Virus record (IMG/VR): IMGVR_UViG_3300010354_000050
Location: 55,412 to 119,411 of that record
Reading direction: 5' to 3' (one strand)
Length of the DNA stretch: 64,000 bases
DNA from: a virus
This document shows, piece by piece, positions 1 through 9,851 of the stretch. Position 1 is the first letter of the stretch, and the number at the start of each line of letters is the position of its first letter. The notes under the pieces are model-generated. The model was not told where the DNA came from. It saw only the letters and a list, made by a program, of their open reading frames with translations, and made no database searches. A program made the translations under genes and the position numbers.

Positions 1-194
1 ACATGGAGCTTGATCTTGATTTTATCATTGAATCTTCTAAAGATTTAAGAAATGTCCTTTAACTTCTTGATACCCAAGTTCGTAAAGATCTAGAAGGAAG
101 CATATTTGTAGCTAATTCTGACATTGGCTAAAACTCCCCAGATCTTTCCTTGTCTAAAGATTAATTTTTCAACTAGAGGATTTTGCTTTAGGAC

Positions 195-223
195 TTGACA
201 ACATCCCTAAAATGCCTTAGAAT
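195..223 (+). promoter_or_regulatory. sigma70-type early promoter
   Basis: TTGACA(195-200)-N17-TAGAAT(218-223) upstream of ORF 286. Confidence 0.7.
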
Positions 224-285
224 CTAAGTGTAATCAAATTAAGGTCAAAATGAGTTTTTCTACTTTTAGTTAAGAAGAAGACAAA

Positions 286-468
286 ATGTACAAGTATGAT
301 AACCCTTACCATTGGTTTAGCCAATACGTTGATCAATTAGATCAAACACAACTTAAAAACTTGTTGCTAGAACTTGCAAGTTCTTTAGATTTTGATACTT
401 TGACAGATAAGTTTCAGTCTGAAATGGTAAAGGAGGGGTTTTTTGACCCCATTGAACAAGATCAATAG
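286..468 (+). CDS. hypothetical early protein
   Basis: ORF directly downstream of promoter. Confidence 0.6.
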   Translation: MYKYDNPYHWFSQYVDQLDQTQLKNLLLELASSLDFDTLTDKFQSEMVKEGFFDPIEQDQ

Positions 469-493
469 TATTTATTAAAGAAAGGTAAAAGAA

Positions 494-847
494 ATGATTA
501 TTGAAAGCTTTCAGGATATTGAAAAAGCCAGTTTGCAAGAAATCTTTGACCAGGTTTCACAAGGCTTGTTAAGGCAAGGTAAAAAGTCTTTAGTTGAAGG
601 AGAATGTGAATACTGGGGAGAGAATAATTGCCGCTGTTCCTTTGGATTCTTGATGTCTCCTGAAGAGGCTGCTTTCTATGCAGGTAAAGGCCCATATTGT
701 ATTTCAGGGTGGGATAACCTTAGTCCAGAAAAACAACTTCTGCTAATTTGCCTTATGGATTGCCATGATGATTACAAGGTTAGTGAATGGAAGAAAATGT
801 TAGAAACCATTGCTGATCAATTTGAGCTAAATTGCAATTTTTCTTAA
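494..847 (+). CDS. hypothetical phage protein
   Basis: ORF with AAGG RBS; Cys-rich C-x-Y...C-x-x-G motif common in phage early proteins. Confidence 0.7.
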   Translation: MIIESFQDIEKASLQEIFDQVSQGLLRQGKKSLVEGECEYWGENNCRCSFGFLMSPEEAAFYAGKGPYCISGWDNLSPEKQLLLICLMDCHDDYKVSEWKKMLETIADQFELNCNFS

Positions 848-859
848 GGAATTACCTTA

Positions 860-1111
860 ATGAATTGGTTTGATCACCAAATAAAGCTTACAAAGTCTTT
901 TAGATATATTGACCCTGATCAAGTCCCACCAAACTATCTTTTCATTAACCTCCTAGACAGCAGGTTAATAATTTCTTTAGGGGTTGATCTAGATGTATGG
1001 GAAAATACATCTATTGATGTTTCTAGCCCTGGAACTTATCTCTTTTATGGGAAGTGGTATGGGAGAAATGTAAAAAAACATTTCATCTTATGGCAAAGTA
1101 ACTCATTTTGA
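860..1111 (+). CDS. hypothetical protein
   Basis: ORF with AAGGA RBS. Confidence 0.55.
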   Translation: MNWFDHQIKLTKSFRYIDPDQVPPNYLFINLLDSRLIISLGVDLDVWENTSIDVSSPGTYLFYGKWYGRNVKKHFILWQSNSF

Positions 1112-1234
1112 ACCCTGGATGATGCCCGTAGGCCATATAGATAGTTTTGAACTAAAAGATTCTGACATTTGACATCTTGAGCTAAATCTGTTACTATATT
1201 GTTATCAACCTGTTTAAGAGGTAAGAGTCGAGCT

Positions 1235-1582
1235 ATGGCGAATAACATCAAAAAAGCTCTAAGTGCTAAGACTGAAAAATTTTTAAGCGTACAAATGAAC
1301 TATCGCAGGTTTGGAGTGCTTACCCGGAAGCAATTTTGTCACAAGATGTTTGAATTAGGGGCTATTCCTAGTATTAAGCAAATCCCTCGCGTTCAATATG
1401 ACCGGAGCAAGTTTAACCGCATGGATTACAAAAAGCAGCGAGAATATGAGAAGCTGCTGGCTAAAACTAAACCAGAGTATCAGCTTTACTATCCCGATGA
1501 AGTTGGTATTTGTGCTATTATCACTAAGACCGAGTTTAATTACTTTCTCAGCTTAATGGGTGAGGGGCAAGAGAAGGCATAG
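1235..1582 (+). CDS. hypothetical basic protein
   Basis: ATG at 1235 after GAGG; promoter TTGACA(1169)-N17-TACTAT(1192). Confidence 0.65.
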   Translation: MANNIKKALSAKTEKFLSVQMNYRRFGVLTRKQFCHKMFELGAIPSIKQIPRVQYDRSKFNRMDYKKQREYEKLLAKTKPEYQLYYPDEVGICAIITKTEFNYFLSLMGEGQEKA

Positions 1583-1691
1583 ATAGATAGTTTGTTTGGC
1601 AAGTAGTTTACTAACGAGGAAGGGGAGGGGAGCAATTTTGCCCCCCCCCCTAATCAGTCCAACAATTCAAGAGCCAACATTAACATCAAGT

Positions 1692-1749
1692 AAAAGCTTG
1701 CTTTATGGCAAGCTTTTTTGTTGACAGGCTTAAGCAACTGAGATATAAT
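1692..1749 (+). promoter_or_regulatory. intrinsic terminator fused to sigma70 promoter
   Basis: AAAAGCTTGC-N6-GCAAGCTTTT hairpin + T tract, then TTGACA(1721)-N17-TATAAT(1744). Confidence 0.85.
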
Positions 1750-1777
1750 AGGAAAGTAAGCAAACAAAGGGAACCAG

Positions 1778-2056
1778 ATGAACTTCTTTTCTAGCCTAGT
1801 TAGTCTTTGTACTCCCAGGATCTATAGAAGTGCTACTTATAATGCAAATAGTTTAACCAAGGATACCAATGATATAGAAATAAACTACGAAACAGTATCA
1901 AAATTTGCAGAAAACGCTTCTAAAGAAGATGTAATTTTAGTGTTGTCATCTGCCATTTGTGCTTTGCAAAGATATTCTGCAATTCCAAAAGCACAAGTTT
2001 TAGAAAACCTAGAAAAGGGATTTGAAGAATATTCTGGTTGGAGTGAAACTGTTTAG
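1778..2056 (+). CDS. hypothetical protein
   Basis: ORF downstream of promoter. Confidence 0.6.
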   Translation: MNFFSSLVSLCTPRIYRSATYNANSLTKDTNDIEINYETVSKFAENASKEDVILVLSSAICALQRYSAIPKAQVLENLEKGFEEYSGWSETV

Positions 2057-2083
2057 TATCCAAAAGATTTAGGAAATTAGAAG

Positions 2084-2335
2084 ATGAAAGAATTGACACC
2101 TAACGAAGCCTATGACCTTTATGTAGGTATGATCACAGTAGATGAATTCTTAGCCTCTTTTGACGGCAATATTGATCAAGCTATTGATCAACTCATGGTT
2201 GAGAAGTGGTGGTCAGGTGAAGGCGGTAGTCACCCTGATAACCTGCCAGAACTAATTAAGGAATATGTGGTTAATCAGGAAAGCATTGCTTTTTTCAACC
2301 ATGAGGAAGAATTGTCTTATCGTTATGGGGGTTAA
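2084..2335 (+). CDS. hypothetical acidic protein
   Basis: ORF with AGGA RBS. Confidence 0.65.
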   Translation: MKELTPNEAYDLYVGMITVDEFLASFDGNIDQAIDQLMVEKWWSGEGGSHPDNLPELIKEYVVNQESIAFFNHEEELSYRYGG

Positions 2336-2386
2336 TTATGAATGAAGAGCCAATGGTTTTAGGACTAAGCATCTAAAGCTAAAGAA

Positions 2387-2698
2387 ATGACAGAAAACTT
2401 GGATCGAGATAATTCATACAGGTGTGAAATGAAAAACCAGTCAGACTTTATAAATAAAGTTCTCCTTGCTAAACTTGAAGAGAATTTGGCATTTGAAGAA
2501 ATCTTTGTTAAATACCTGAGTAATAAGGAGAATCCTTTAGGAGAAAGGTGGGAGAACTTTCAATTTGCAACCACAAATAATATCTTCAACAAGACTAAAC
2601 CTTTTGTCTACTATTCTCCTATCTTAGAAAAAATAGAAAACTTCACTTGGTACGATAATAGATTGGGATCAAGTAGCGGAAGAATGGAATTTTTTTAA
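2387..2698 (+). CDS. hypothetical protein (possibly truncated)
   Basis: ORF track; start uncertain. Confidence 0.5.
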   Translation: MTENLDRDNSYRCEMKNQSDFINKVLLAKLEENLAFEEIFVKYLSNKENPLGERWENFQFATTNNIFNKTKPFVYYSPILEKIENFTWYDNRLGSSSGRMEFF

Positions 2699-2946
2699 TT
2701 GACAATACTGGCCTAAACCTGTTATAATTGCATTAGTTTAGGGAAGTTACCAATGACCCTCTGATTAAGTTTATTGAAAAGCAAGGAAGTGACAGTTTTC
2801 TAAAGAACTATGTTCAAAAAATAGAAATGGACACATATATTATATACTCACAACATCGAGTCAAGATACAGGTGGAAAAATGTTGGACTTTTTGACAGAA
2901 TTTTGCTATAATCTTGTAGTCCCAGGTTAAAAAAAATGGAATTAAA

Positions 2947-3261
2947 ATGATTCTTAAAGATTTAATTCAAGCTCTGGAAGAAGAATATAACCTAAATCCT
3001 GACTATATAGTAAAACTGGGATTTGCTTATCCCCATAGTTACCGAGGTTTTTACGATGCTTTAGCTTTTGAGCTTGTAGAACACATTACCATATCTGAAA
3101 TGTTAAATGAAGCTAAATCAGCACCTGGAAAGACCTTTGAAGGTTACAAAGGTGGTGATTTCCTTATGACAGAGTATTCTGAAGTTTATTTGGCTAACTA
3201 TGGTGAACTTGGTGAAGAGCTAGGCCCAATGTTGCTAAAATTCATTCTCAACCAAATTTAA
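2947..3261 (+). CDS. conserved-looking phage hypothetical protein
   Basis: PHSYRGFY...GKTFEGYKGGDF motifs typical of a phage family; terminator at about 3268-3293. Confidence 0.75.
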   Translation: MILKDLIQALEEEYNLNPDYIVKLGFAYPHSYRGFYDALAFELVEHITISEMLNEAKSAPGKTFEGYKGGDFLMTEYSEVYLANYGELGEELGPMLLKFILNQI

Positions 3262-3378
3262 TCGATAAAGGTTTGCCAAAAGGCAAACCTTTTGTTATAA
3301 CTTTTGAGTTATAACCTCAGGTAAAACAACCCCCCCCCTGTGCTATAATGTTCAAGTCTCCTAACAGATAAAACAATC

Positions 3379-3612
3379 ATGATGGTTCCTAATAAATTTA
3401 AGTATAGTAGCAACTTCTATAATAAAAGATCAGTAGAAGATCAGTTGAGAAATCTTGGCTTTGCAATTTGGAAAAAAGATCAACATCAATTAGAAATTGT
3501 TCCGCCTATAGGTTGGACTATTACTATTGAAGGAAATGGAGATAAAAACTTTTACAATATGGACATGATTTTGAAGATTAGCCTAAAGTCTAATAAACTG
3601 TACCTATGGTGA
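3379..3612 (+). CDS. hypothetical protein
   Basis: ORF after TGcTATAAT extended -10. Confidence 0.55.
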   Translation: MMVPNKFKYSSNFYNKRSVEDQLRNLGFAIWKKDQHQLEIVPPIGWTITIEGNGDKNFYNMDMILKISLKSNKLYLW

Positions 3613-3679
3613 TAATGATTTTTGTTATCTCTATGTTCATCAAGATGTAAACCCTTACATTAATCCCAAATATTAAGAA

Positions 3680-3862
3680 ATGATTAAACTTCGTCACTTA
3701 AAAGATCTAGTTGTATTCTTTGGAGCCTTGTCCATAGTAAGCTTAATTTCTTCCCTTTTGGTAAATTTTGGCTTTGCAATTTTAGTTTTTTCTATTGCAT
3801 CTAGCTTGTTTTTGTTTCAGTATGTTTTGTTTGAATCTGTTTTTGGGAAATTTAACAAGTAA
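3680..3862 (+). CDS. small 2-TM membrane protein (paralog of 4420..4620)
   Basis: hydrophobic; shared LFQYVLFE motif. Confidence 0.65.
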   Translation: MIKLRHLKDLVVFFGALSIVSLISSLLVNFGFAILVFSIASSLFLFQYVLFESVFGKFNK

Positions 3863-3869
3863 TACATAA

Positions 3870-4406
3870 ATGAAAATTTATCTCAACTTGTCAAGATGCA
3901 ACATTCATTTAGAAAAAGGAACTGACTATGGTTCTGTAGAAGTTTCAGAAGGAATTAAATACAGGGTAGATCAGGAAGACAACCTATTTATAGACTTCAT
4001 TGATACCCTAGATCTACCTGAAGACTTGTCCCAATACGGTTTTGTCAGGGTAAAGGTTCCCCAGAAAAACAAACCCTTAGACTTAGTAGCTAACCTAGAC
4101 TGCTGCCATTTGATTCAAAAGGCGATTGTCCAAGATTGCGTAATAAATTCTAAAGGAAATACTATTTTGTCTACCTGGTCAAAAAACCTTGTAGCAAATT
4201 TGCAAGATTCAGCTATAGCTAACTTTCTTGTAGAAAATGGGGACGCTAATATTAGGTCTTCTGGGAGTTCTACTATTGAATTAGAAGGTAAAGTTAATGG
4301 TCTTCTTTTGAGTCTGAAAGGAGGATCAGAGGTTTTCCTGAATGCTGAAGTTCAAGGGAAAATAGACCTTGTTTCAGATAAAGTTTCAAAAGTTTACCAT
4401 AATTGA
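3870..4406 (+). CDS. beta-solenoid (GIN/DUF2807-like) protein
   Basis: C-terminal repeats such as SSGSSTIELEG and LKGGSEVFL. Confidence 0.5.
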   Translation: MKIYLNLSRCNIHLEKGTDYGSVEVSEGIKYRVDQEDNLFIDFIDTLDLPEDLSQYGFVRVKVPQKNKPLDLVANLDCCHLIQKAIVQDCVINSKGNTILSTWSKNLVANLQDSAIANFLVENGDANIRSSGSSTIELEGKVNGLLLSLKGGSEVFLNAEVQGKIDLVSDKVSKVYHN

Positions 4407-4419
4407 GTTAAAGGATAAA

Positions 4420-4620
4420 ATGAAAAAACACCTAGACTTGTTAATCTTTATAACTGTAATAGGAATATCTTCTGCATTGTTGACCATATGGGTTCCTAAA
4501 GTACTTATGCTGGCCCTAGCTACAGCAGCAGTAACTATATTTTTGTTTCAGTATGTCTTGTTTGAATTAGCTTTTAATAAGTCTATGAACAATAATGGAG
4601 AAAAAGATGAAAACAATTAA
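4420..4620 (+). CDS. small 2-TM membrane protein
   Basis: ATG 4420 after AAGGA; LFQYVLFE motif. Confidence 0.65.
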   Translation: MKKHLDLLIFITVIGISSALLTIWVPKVLMLALATAAVTIFLFQYVLFELAFNKSMNNNGEKDENN

Positions 4621-4776
4621 TCTAAATTTAGTAAATACTACTGTTGTTCTTGAGCAAGGTAAACTCAACTGGACAATACTGGAAATTTCTGACGGATTAG
4701 ATTATAAACTTGACTCCGCAAACTTGATGTAGAAAAAGTTGGAAGTTGCAAAATTTTTTATTCTAAAGGAGAATAA

Positions 4777-4962
4777 ATGAACCCTTATTTACAAATGACT
4801 GATACTGAACTCCTTTTTGCTTATATTAGTGAAAGGGATTCAGATGAGATTAATGTACCTTTGTGGGTGGAGCATAACAAAAGATTCATTTCCGATGGAA
4901 ACTACAGCAGTAAATTTGTTCGACTATTGACCAAGGAAGATTTTTTCATTTCCAACCCTTGA
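4777..4962 (+). CDS. hypothetical protein
   Basis: AAGGAG RBS. Confidence 0.6.
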   Translation: MNPYLQMTDTELLFAYISERDSDEINVPLWVEHNKRFISDGNYSSKFVRLLTKEDFFISNP

Positions 4963-5025
4963 TCTCCTAACACATTAGTGCTATACTAATTAGGTAATAA
5001 GGGACAAGAAAACGAAAACTAGGAT

Positions 5026-5424
5026 ATGTTAACAAGCAAAAAACTAAAGGAAGCCTGGAAAAACAAAATCTTTCTGTTGATGGAAGAGTTGAATGCCCAG
5101 GATGTTACTCCTGGTGTTCAAGCTGACTATGCTAAAGTTTGGAACATCCAAACCCATGTTGGGATTCTACAAGTAACTTTTTTCCATTCTGATAACTTTT
5201 TGAATGAACTAACTGTTTATGCGAAATGGCTAGATGTTAAAAAAGCTTTAAGTTGGGGAATCGATTGTAACCTTTACAATGGGAAATGGAACTTCCACTT
5301 TTCTCAAAAAGGAAAAATGAATGGCAATGAAAAAATTCAATTCATGGATAAGGCTATTAACCAAGTGAGGAACAAGATTCTGAACTACACTTCTTACAGT
5401 GTTTGCAACACCCTAACCAAGTAA
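5026..5424 (+). CDS. hypothetical phage protein
   Basis: ORF with N-x-x-x-GKWNFH motif; terminator follows. Confidence 0.7.
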   Translation: MLTSKKLKEAWKNKIFLLMEELNAQDVTPGVQADYAKVWNIQTHVGILQVTFFHSDNFLNELTVYAKWLDVKKALSWGIDCNLYNGKWNFHFSQKGKMNGNEKIQFMDKAINQVRNKILNYTSYSVCNTLTK

Positions 5425-5426
5425 TT

Positions 5427-5484
5427 AAAAAGCGAGCTATTTGCTCGCTTTTTTGTTGACATTTAAGGAGCTATAGGTTATAAT
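5427..5484 (+). promoter_or_regulatory. terminator fused to sigma70 promoter
   Basis: AAAAGCGAGC/GCTCGCTTTT hairpin; TTGACA(5456)-N17-TATAAT(5479). Confidence 0.85.
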
Positions 5485-5821
5485 CTTTTTAGCCTATACA
5501 TGAAAACTAATGAATAGGAATCAGTTTATCCCTCCTGCTACTGGATTTTCCATAGCAGATCTCAAGATGATGTTCTTATCCAGACAGCCGCTAAAGATCT
5601 AGAAACTCCTCAGCAACTAACTGAAGAGCTTTTTCCTGATCAGTTTGAAGAATGGGTTGAGGATGCTAGTGATTGGGAATTTGCTATTTTTAACATCAAC
5701 TATACTACAATAAAAGGAATAGAAATGTTAAAAGACCTAGATTCAACTGTAGTGTCTACTGACAAAGGAGATATGTAGTAAAAGGGTTGTCATTATTTTC
5801 TAGTTTAGGAGAAATATGTAA

Positions 5822-6040
5822 TTGAAAAACCTAGATTCAACTGTAGAAGTAAGTTTTAACTTAACCTTGCAGGATTTGGCAAGTTTGCAAAAAATTGCTA
5901 TTGATGAACACATTAGCCCAACTTTTGCATTAAGGAAAGCTGTAGCAGCTTTAGCCTATATCAGAGAAAAGCAAAAATCCGGTTCTAAATTCTTCATTCA
6001 AGAGGAAAATGGAACAATAAAATCTGTTGATTTTCATTAA
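5822..6040 (+). CDS. ribbon-helix-helix/CopG-like DNA-binding protein
   Basis: VSFNLT strand plus two helices (ALRKAV); TTG start uncertain. Confidence 0.5.
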   Translation: MKNLDSTVEVSFNLTLQDLASLQKIAIDEHISPTFALRKAVAALAYIREKQKSGSKFFIQEENGTIKSVDFH

Positions 6041-6069
6041 ATAGTTGGCTTAAAAAAAGGGCAAAACAA

Positions 6070-8040
6070 ATGGAAGAAAGAATTGAAAATGTTTCCTTAG
6101 TTGAGGAAATGAAAACAGCCTACCTAGACTACTCTATGGCAGTTTTGCTAGGTAGGGCTATTCCCTCACTATATGATGGTCAAAAGCCTGTAAGCCGAAG
6201 AGTTCTAACAGCTATGAAGTGGTTAGGGCTAAATCCTGAAGCCAAGTACATGAAGGCAGCTAGGGTAGAAGGCGAAACCATGGGTAAACTTCACCCCCAT
6301 AGTGGTGCCTATGGAGCCATGGTAACAATGGCTTCCTGGTGGTCAAACAATAACCCTTTAGTCAATGGTCATGGTAACTGGGGATCACCAACAGACAATG
6401 CAGCAGCACCAAGATATACCGAGTGTAAACTAACTCCTTTTGCTTGGGAAGTTTTGCTTCAAGATTCTCAAACATGGGAAACTAAAGACAATTATGACGG
6501 CTCCTTGCAAGAACCTGTTCTACTCAATACTAAATTCCCTGTTGTGCTAGTCAATGGTGGTGAAGGGATTGGAGTAGGGTATTCGACTAAGATCCCCCCT
6601 CATAATCTCAGAAGTTTGGCAAAAGCTTTAAGGTTTGTTTCCGAAGGGAATTTAGTTGGAGCTAATAAGCATCTTTGCCCTGATTTCCCTACAGGTTGCA
6701 ATGTAGTCAAGGATGAAGGTTTGCTAGAATATTTGCAAACTGGAACAGGATCTATTCGCATGAGGGCTTTGTGTGAAGAAGACAAGGTACAGCATGGGAA
6801 GACTAAAAGAAATGCCTTGAACTTTACTAACCTACCTTTACACATCAATACTGAAGCAATTTCTGACCAAATCCGTGAGGGGATTGAAAAAGGAAAAATC
6901 ACTACTGTAGCTGATGTCAGAGATGAAACAGATCGCAGTGGTATCCGGTTAGTTGTTATTTTGAAGACAACGGCTGATATTGAACTAGCAAAATCTGAAT
7001 TATTTAGCTATACTAGCCTAGATTCTAAGTTTTCAGCTAAGAACTTAGTTATTGATGGTCTTGAACCTGTTTGCCTACCTCCCGTAGAAATTCTACAAAA
7101 GTGGCTAAAGTGGAGAGATGTAAAAACTGTTGTTATTTTCTCTGATGAACTTGCAAACATTACTGCAAGATTAGAGATTGTAGAAGGATTGATTAAAGGA
7201 ACTTCTTCTATGGATCAAGTCATTGAACTGATTCGCAGTTCTAATGATCCTAAGTCAGCTAAAGGAAAATTAGTTAAGGAAGGTTTTTCTGACTCCCAAG
7301 CTCAAGCTGTTTTGGCAATGAAGCTAAGCCAACTAACTAAATTAGACGTTAGAGAACTTAAAGGAGAAGAAAAACAAATTAAAGCAAGAGTTAAGCAGCT
7401 AGAAAAGTTGCTAAGCTCTGATCAGGAACGCCTAGTCTATATTCTTGAAGAAGTAGATCAAATTGCTGAGAGGTTTGGGAATGCCCGTCGATCACTAGGA
7501 ATTGAACCTCCTATTTACCTAGTCGATCCTAAAAAATCTACCATTAGCGATGAGGGCAAGGTTGTAAAAAATCGTTACATGAAACTAGATTCTAACAAAG
7601 GGGTTGTTTCCCAGATGAAGACAACCAAAGGATCTAACCTGATTTGTCCTGACGATCAAAAAGCTGTTTTAGTTTGCGACAATGGGTTTGTCTACAAAAT
7701 TGGGTCTAAGTTTCAAGGCCCATTGGCATCTCAATCGACAAAGGTTTTAGCTAAAACCTTGAGTAGCAAAACACCTCTTGACCTTTTAGCTATTTGGAAA
7801 TTAGATGGTTGTCTTTACTCTAATGTGTTAGATTGGGAAACCTTGGCTAAAACAACATCTAGCGGGAAAAGATGGATGCCTGAAGGAGCAGAATTGGTTT
7901 ATTTGGGCAGTAAAGATTGGGAATTGAAGTTTACGTCTAAGCGGAAAAATCCACAAACTATTTCCTTGAAAACCACTAAACCTAGGACATTAGGGAGTAA
8001 AGGTAATAAACTAGCCAGTCTAGATGAAGTTAAAATTTAG
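6070..8040 (+). CDS. gyrA: type IIA topoisomerase subunit A (GyrA/ParC-like)
   Basis: YLDYSM..RAIP..DGQKPV.RR, GKLHPH, catalytic AAAPRYTE, TKIPPHNL, PDFPTG motifs. Confidence 0.92.
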   Translation: MEERIENVSLVEEMKTAYLDYSMAVLLGRAIPSLYDGQKPVSRRVLTAMKWLGLNPEAKYMKAARVEGETMGKLHPHSGAYGAMVTMASWWSNNNPLVNGHGNWGSPTDNAAAPRYTECKLTPFAWEVLLQDSQTWETKDNYDGSLQEPVLLNTKFPVVLVNGGEGIGVGYSTKIPPHNLRSLAKALRFVSEGNLVGANKHLCPDFPTGCNVVKDEGLLEYLQTGTGSIRMRALCEEDKVQHGKTKRNALNFTNLPLHINTEAISDQIREGIEKGKITTVADVRDETDRSGIRLVVILKTTADIELAKSELFSYTSLDSKFSAKNLVIDGLEPVCLPPVEILQKWLKWRDVKTVVIFSDELANITARLEIVEGLIKGTSSMDQVIELIRSSNDPKSAKGKLVKEGFSDSQAQAVLAMKLSQLTKLDVRELKGEEKQIKARVKQLEKLLSSDQERLVYILEEVDQIAERFGNARRSLGIEPPIYLVDPKKSTISDEGKVVKNRYMKLDSNKGVVSQMKTTKGSNLICPDDQKAVLVCDNGFVYKIGSKFQGPLASQSTKVLAKTLSSKTPLDLLAIWKLDGCLYSNVLDWETLAKTTSSGKRWMPEGAELVYLGSKDWELKFTSKRKNPQTISLKTTKPRTLGSKGNKLASLDEVKI

Positions 8041-8347
8041 TTTCAACTAGATGCAGTAAATCTAAGGTTTGCCAAGAGCAAACCTTTTTTTGACAGCTCT
8101 TTTCAATTATGCTAATATGGGAAATTCAGTTAAATGACTAATACAACAGCAGATCAAAAACTAAGCAAGATCATCACAGACCTAAAAAAAAGGTTAAAGA
8201 AGATTTGCTAAAATGGTTCCTAGACGATAGTGAGTGAGGTAGGAGTGGTTACACTCAGGGATATGAATATAGAGTCCAAGAAGCCTTAATAGGGTTGAGG
8301 AAAATCAGAAAAAGCATTGATTAGTTCTTTTATAGGGGAAGGCTACA

Positions 8348-9532
8348 TTGAACAAAATTTTTTTTGGTAATTGTTTGGAAATTATGAAAACCTTGAAAGA
8401 CAATAGTATTGATTCCATTGTTGCTGATCCTCCTTATGGATTAAGCAAAGAACCTAAGATTGAAGAAGTTCTTTCCCATTGGCTTGCAGGAAGTGAATAC
8501 CAACATGGGAGCAAAGGGTTCATGGGGAAATCTTGGGATTCTTTTGTCCCTAACCCTGATGTCTGGAAGGAATGTTTCAGGGTGTTAAAGCCAGGTGGAC
8601 ATATTCTATGCTTTGCAGGAACTCGTACCCAAGACCTAATGGGCATTTCCCTCAGGTTAGGTGGTTTTGAAATTCGAGATCAAATTCAATGGGTATATGG
8701 TAGCGGATTCCCAAAAAGCCTGGATGTTTCAAAAGCAATTGGTAAATCTTTGGGCATTGAAAGGGAAGTCTTAGATACCCAGGTTAGAAAAAGTGGGGAG
8801 ATGGCTCACATCATGAAAACAAACAGTGAGCAGGGTTATCGACCTGAAGACTATTACAAAGATTTTGGAAACATCCTTAAAATCACAAAGCCAGAAAGTG
8901 AAGAAGCAAAACAGTGGGAAGGATGGGGCACTTCTCTAAAACCCGCTACTGAACCTATTATTTTGGCTCGTAAACCTTTCAAAACCACTGTAGCTAATAA
9001 TGTACTAGAGTGGGGAACTGGTGCTATAAATATTGATGGTTGCAGGGTTTGTCCAAGTGAAGGCAGTCTGGGGAGGTGGCCTGCTAATTTTATCCATGAT
9101 GGTAGTGATGAAGTTTTAGAGCTATTCCCTCAAACTGGAACTAACAAGAAAGGTGGAAAACCTTATTCCTACCAAGGAAAAGAGTACAATAATTCTAAAA
9201 CTTCTATGTTCAATGGGGATAAGCCACAAGCCTTCAGTAATTATAACGATTTTGGTTCAGCAGCTAGATTTTTCTATTGTACAAAAGCATCTAAAAAAGA
9301 AAGAACTTGTAATGGCAAAGTAGTAAATAACCACCCTACCGTTAAGCCACTAGCCCTGGTAGAGTATTTGGTTAGGTTGATTACCCCTCCAGGAGGAATT
9401 GTCTTAGATCCTTTTGCAGGAAGTGGAACTACAGGCATAGCTGCACTTAAAGAAGGATTTCAATATGTCCTTATTGAGTTTGAAGAGGAAAGCTATAATA
9501 TCTGTTGTGAAAGAATAAATTCTTTCCTGTAG
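8348..9532 (+). CDS. N4/N6 DNA methyltransferase (beta class)
   Basis: DPPY catalytic motif, HPTVKP, VLDPFAGSGTTG SAM-binding motif. Confidence 0.92.
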   Translation: MNKIFFGNCLEIMKTLKDNSIDSIVADPPYGLSKEPKIEEVLSHWLAGSEYQHGSKGFMGKSWDSFVPNPDVWKECFRVLKPGGHILCFAGTRTQDLMGISLRLGGFEIRDQIQWVYGSGFPKSLDVSKAIGKSLGIEREVLDTQVRKSGEMAHIMKTNSEQGYRPEDYYKDFGNILKITKPESEEAKQWEGWGTSLKPATEPIILARKPFKTTVANNVLEWGTGAINIDGCRVCPSEGSLGRWPANFIHDGSDEVLELFPQTGTNKKGGKPYSYQGKEYNNSKTSMFNGDKPQAFSNYNDFGSAARFFYCTKASKKERTCNGKVVNNHPTVKPLALVEYLVRLITPPGGIVLDPFAGSGTTGIAALKEGFQYVLIEFEEESYNICCERINSFL

Positions 9533-9769
9533 GTTGGAAATTACTTGACAAACTTAAAAAGTAAACTAAAATAGCTTTTAGTTCTATTTAGGTTATAGAA
9601 TATGAAAGTTCAAGATCTTTGGGAAATGTATGATGGGGGCATACCCCCTCTTGAGATCAAAAAAAAAGATGTGAATCCAAACTTATTGCTAACAAAGCTT
9701 TAGCAGAAGCTATGGAAGACATATGGATAGACTATGATTTTCTTCTTGAATAATTAATTGATTGATTAG

Positions 9770-9826
9770 AGCTAACTTATTAAAGTTAGCTTTTTTGTTG
9801 ACAAACTCCTAACATAGTGATATACT
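9770..9826 (+). promoter_or_regulatory. terminator fused to sigma70 promoter
   Basis: AGCTAACTT/AAGTTAGCT hairpin + T tract; TTGACA(9798)-N17-TATACT(9821). Confidence 0.8.
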
Positions 9827-9851
9827 AGGATAGTAGAGTAAGAGAATAAAA

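Noticed and set aside
1621-1650. G-run/C-run hairpin as a special element
   Set aside because: Simplest reading is a terminator-like hairpin after ORF 1235; homopolymer lengths may be unreliable.
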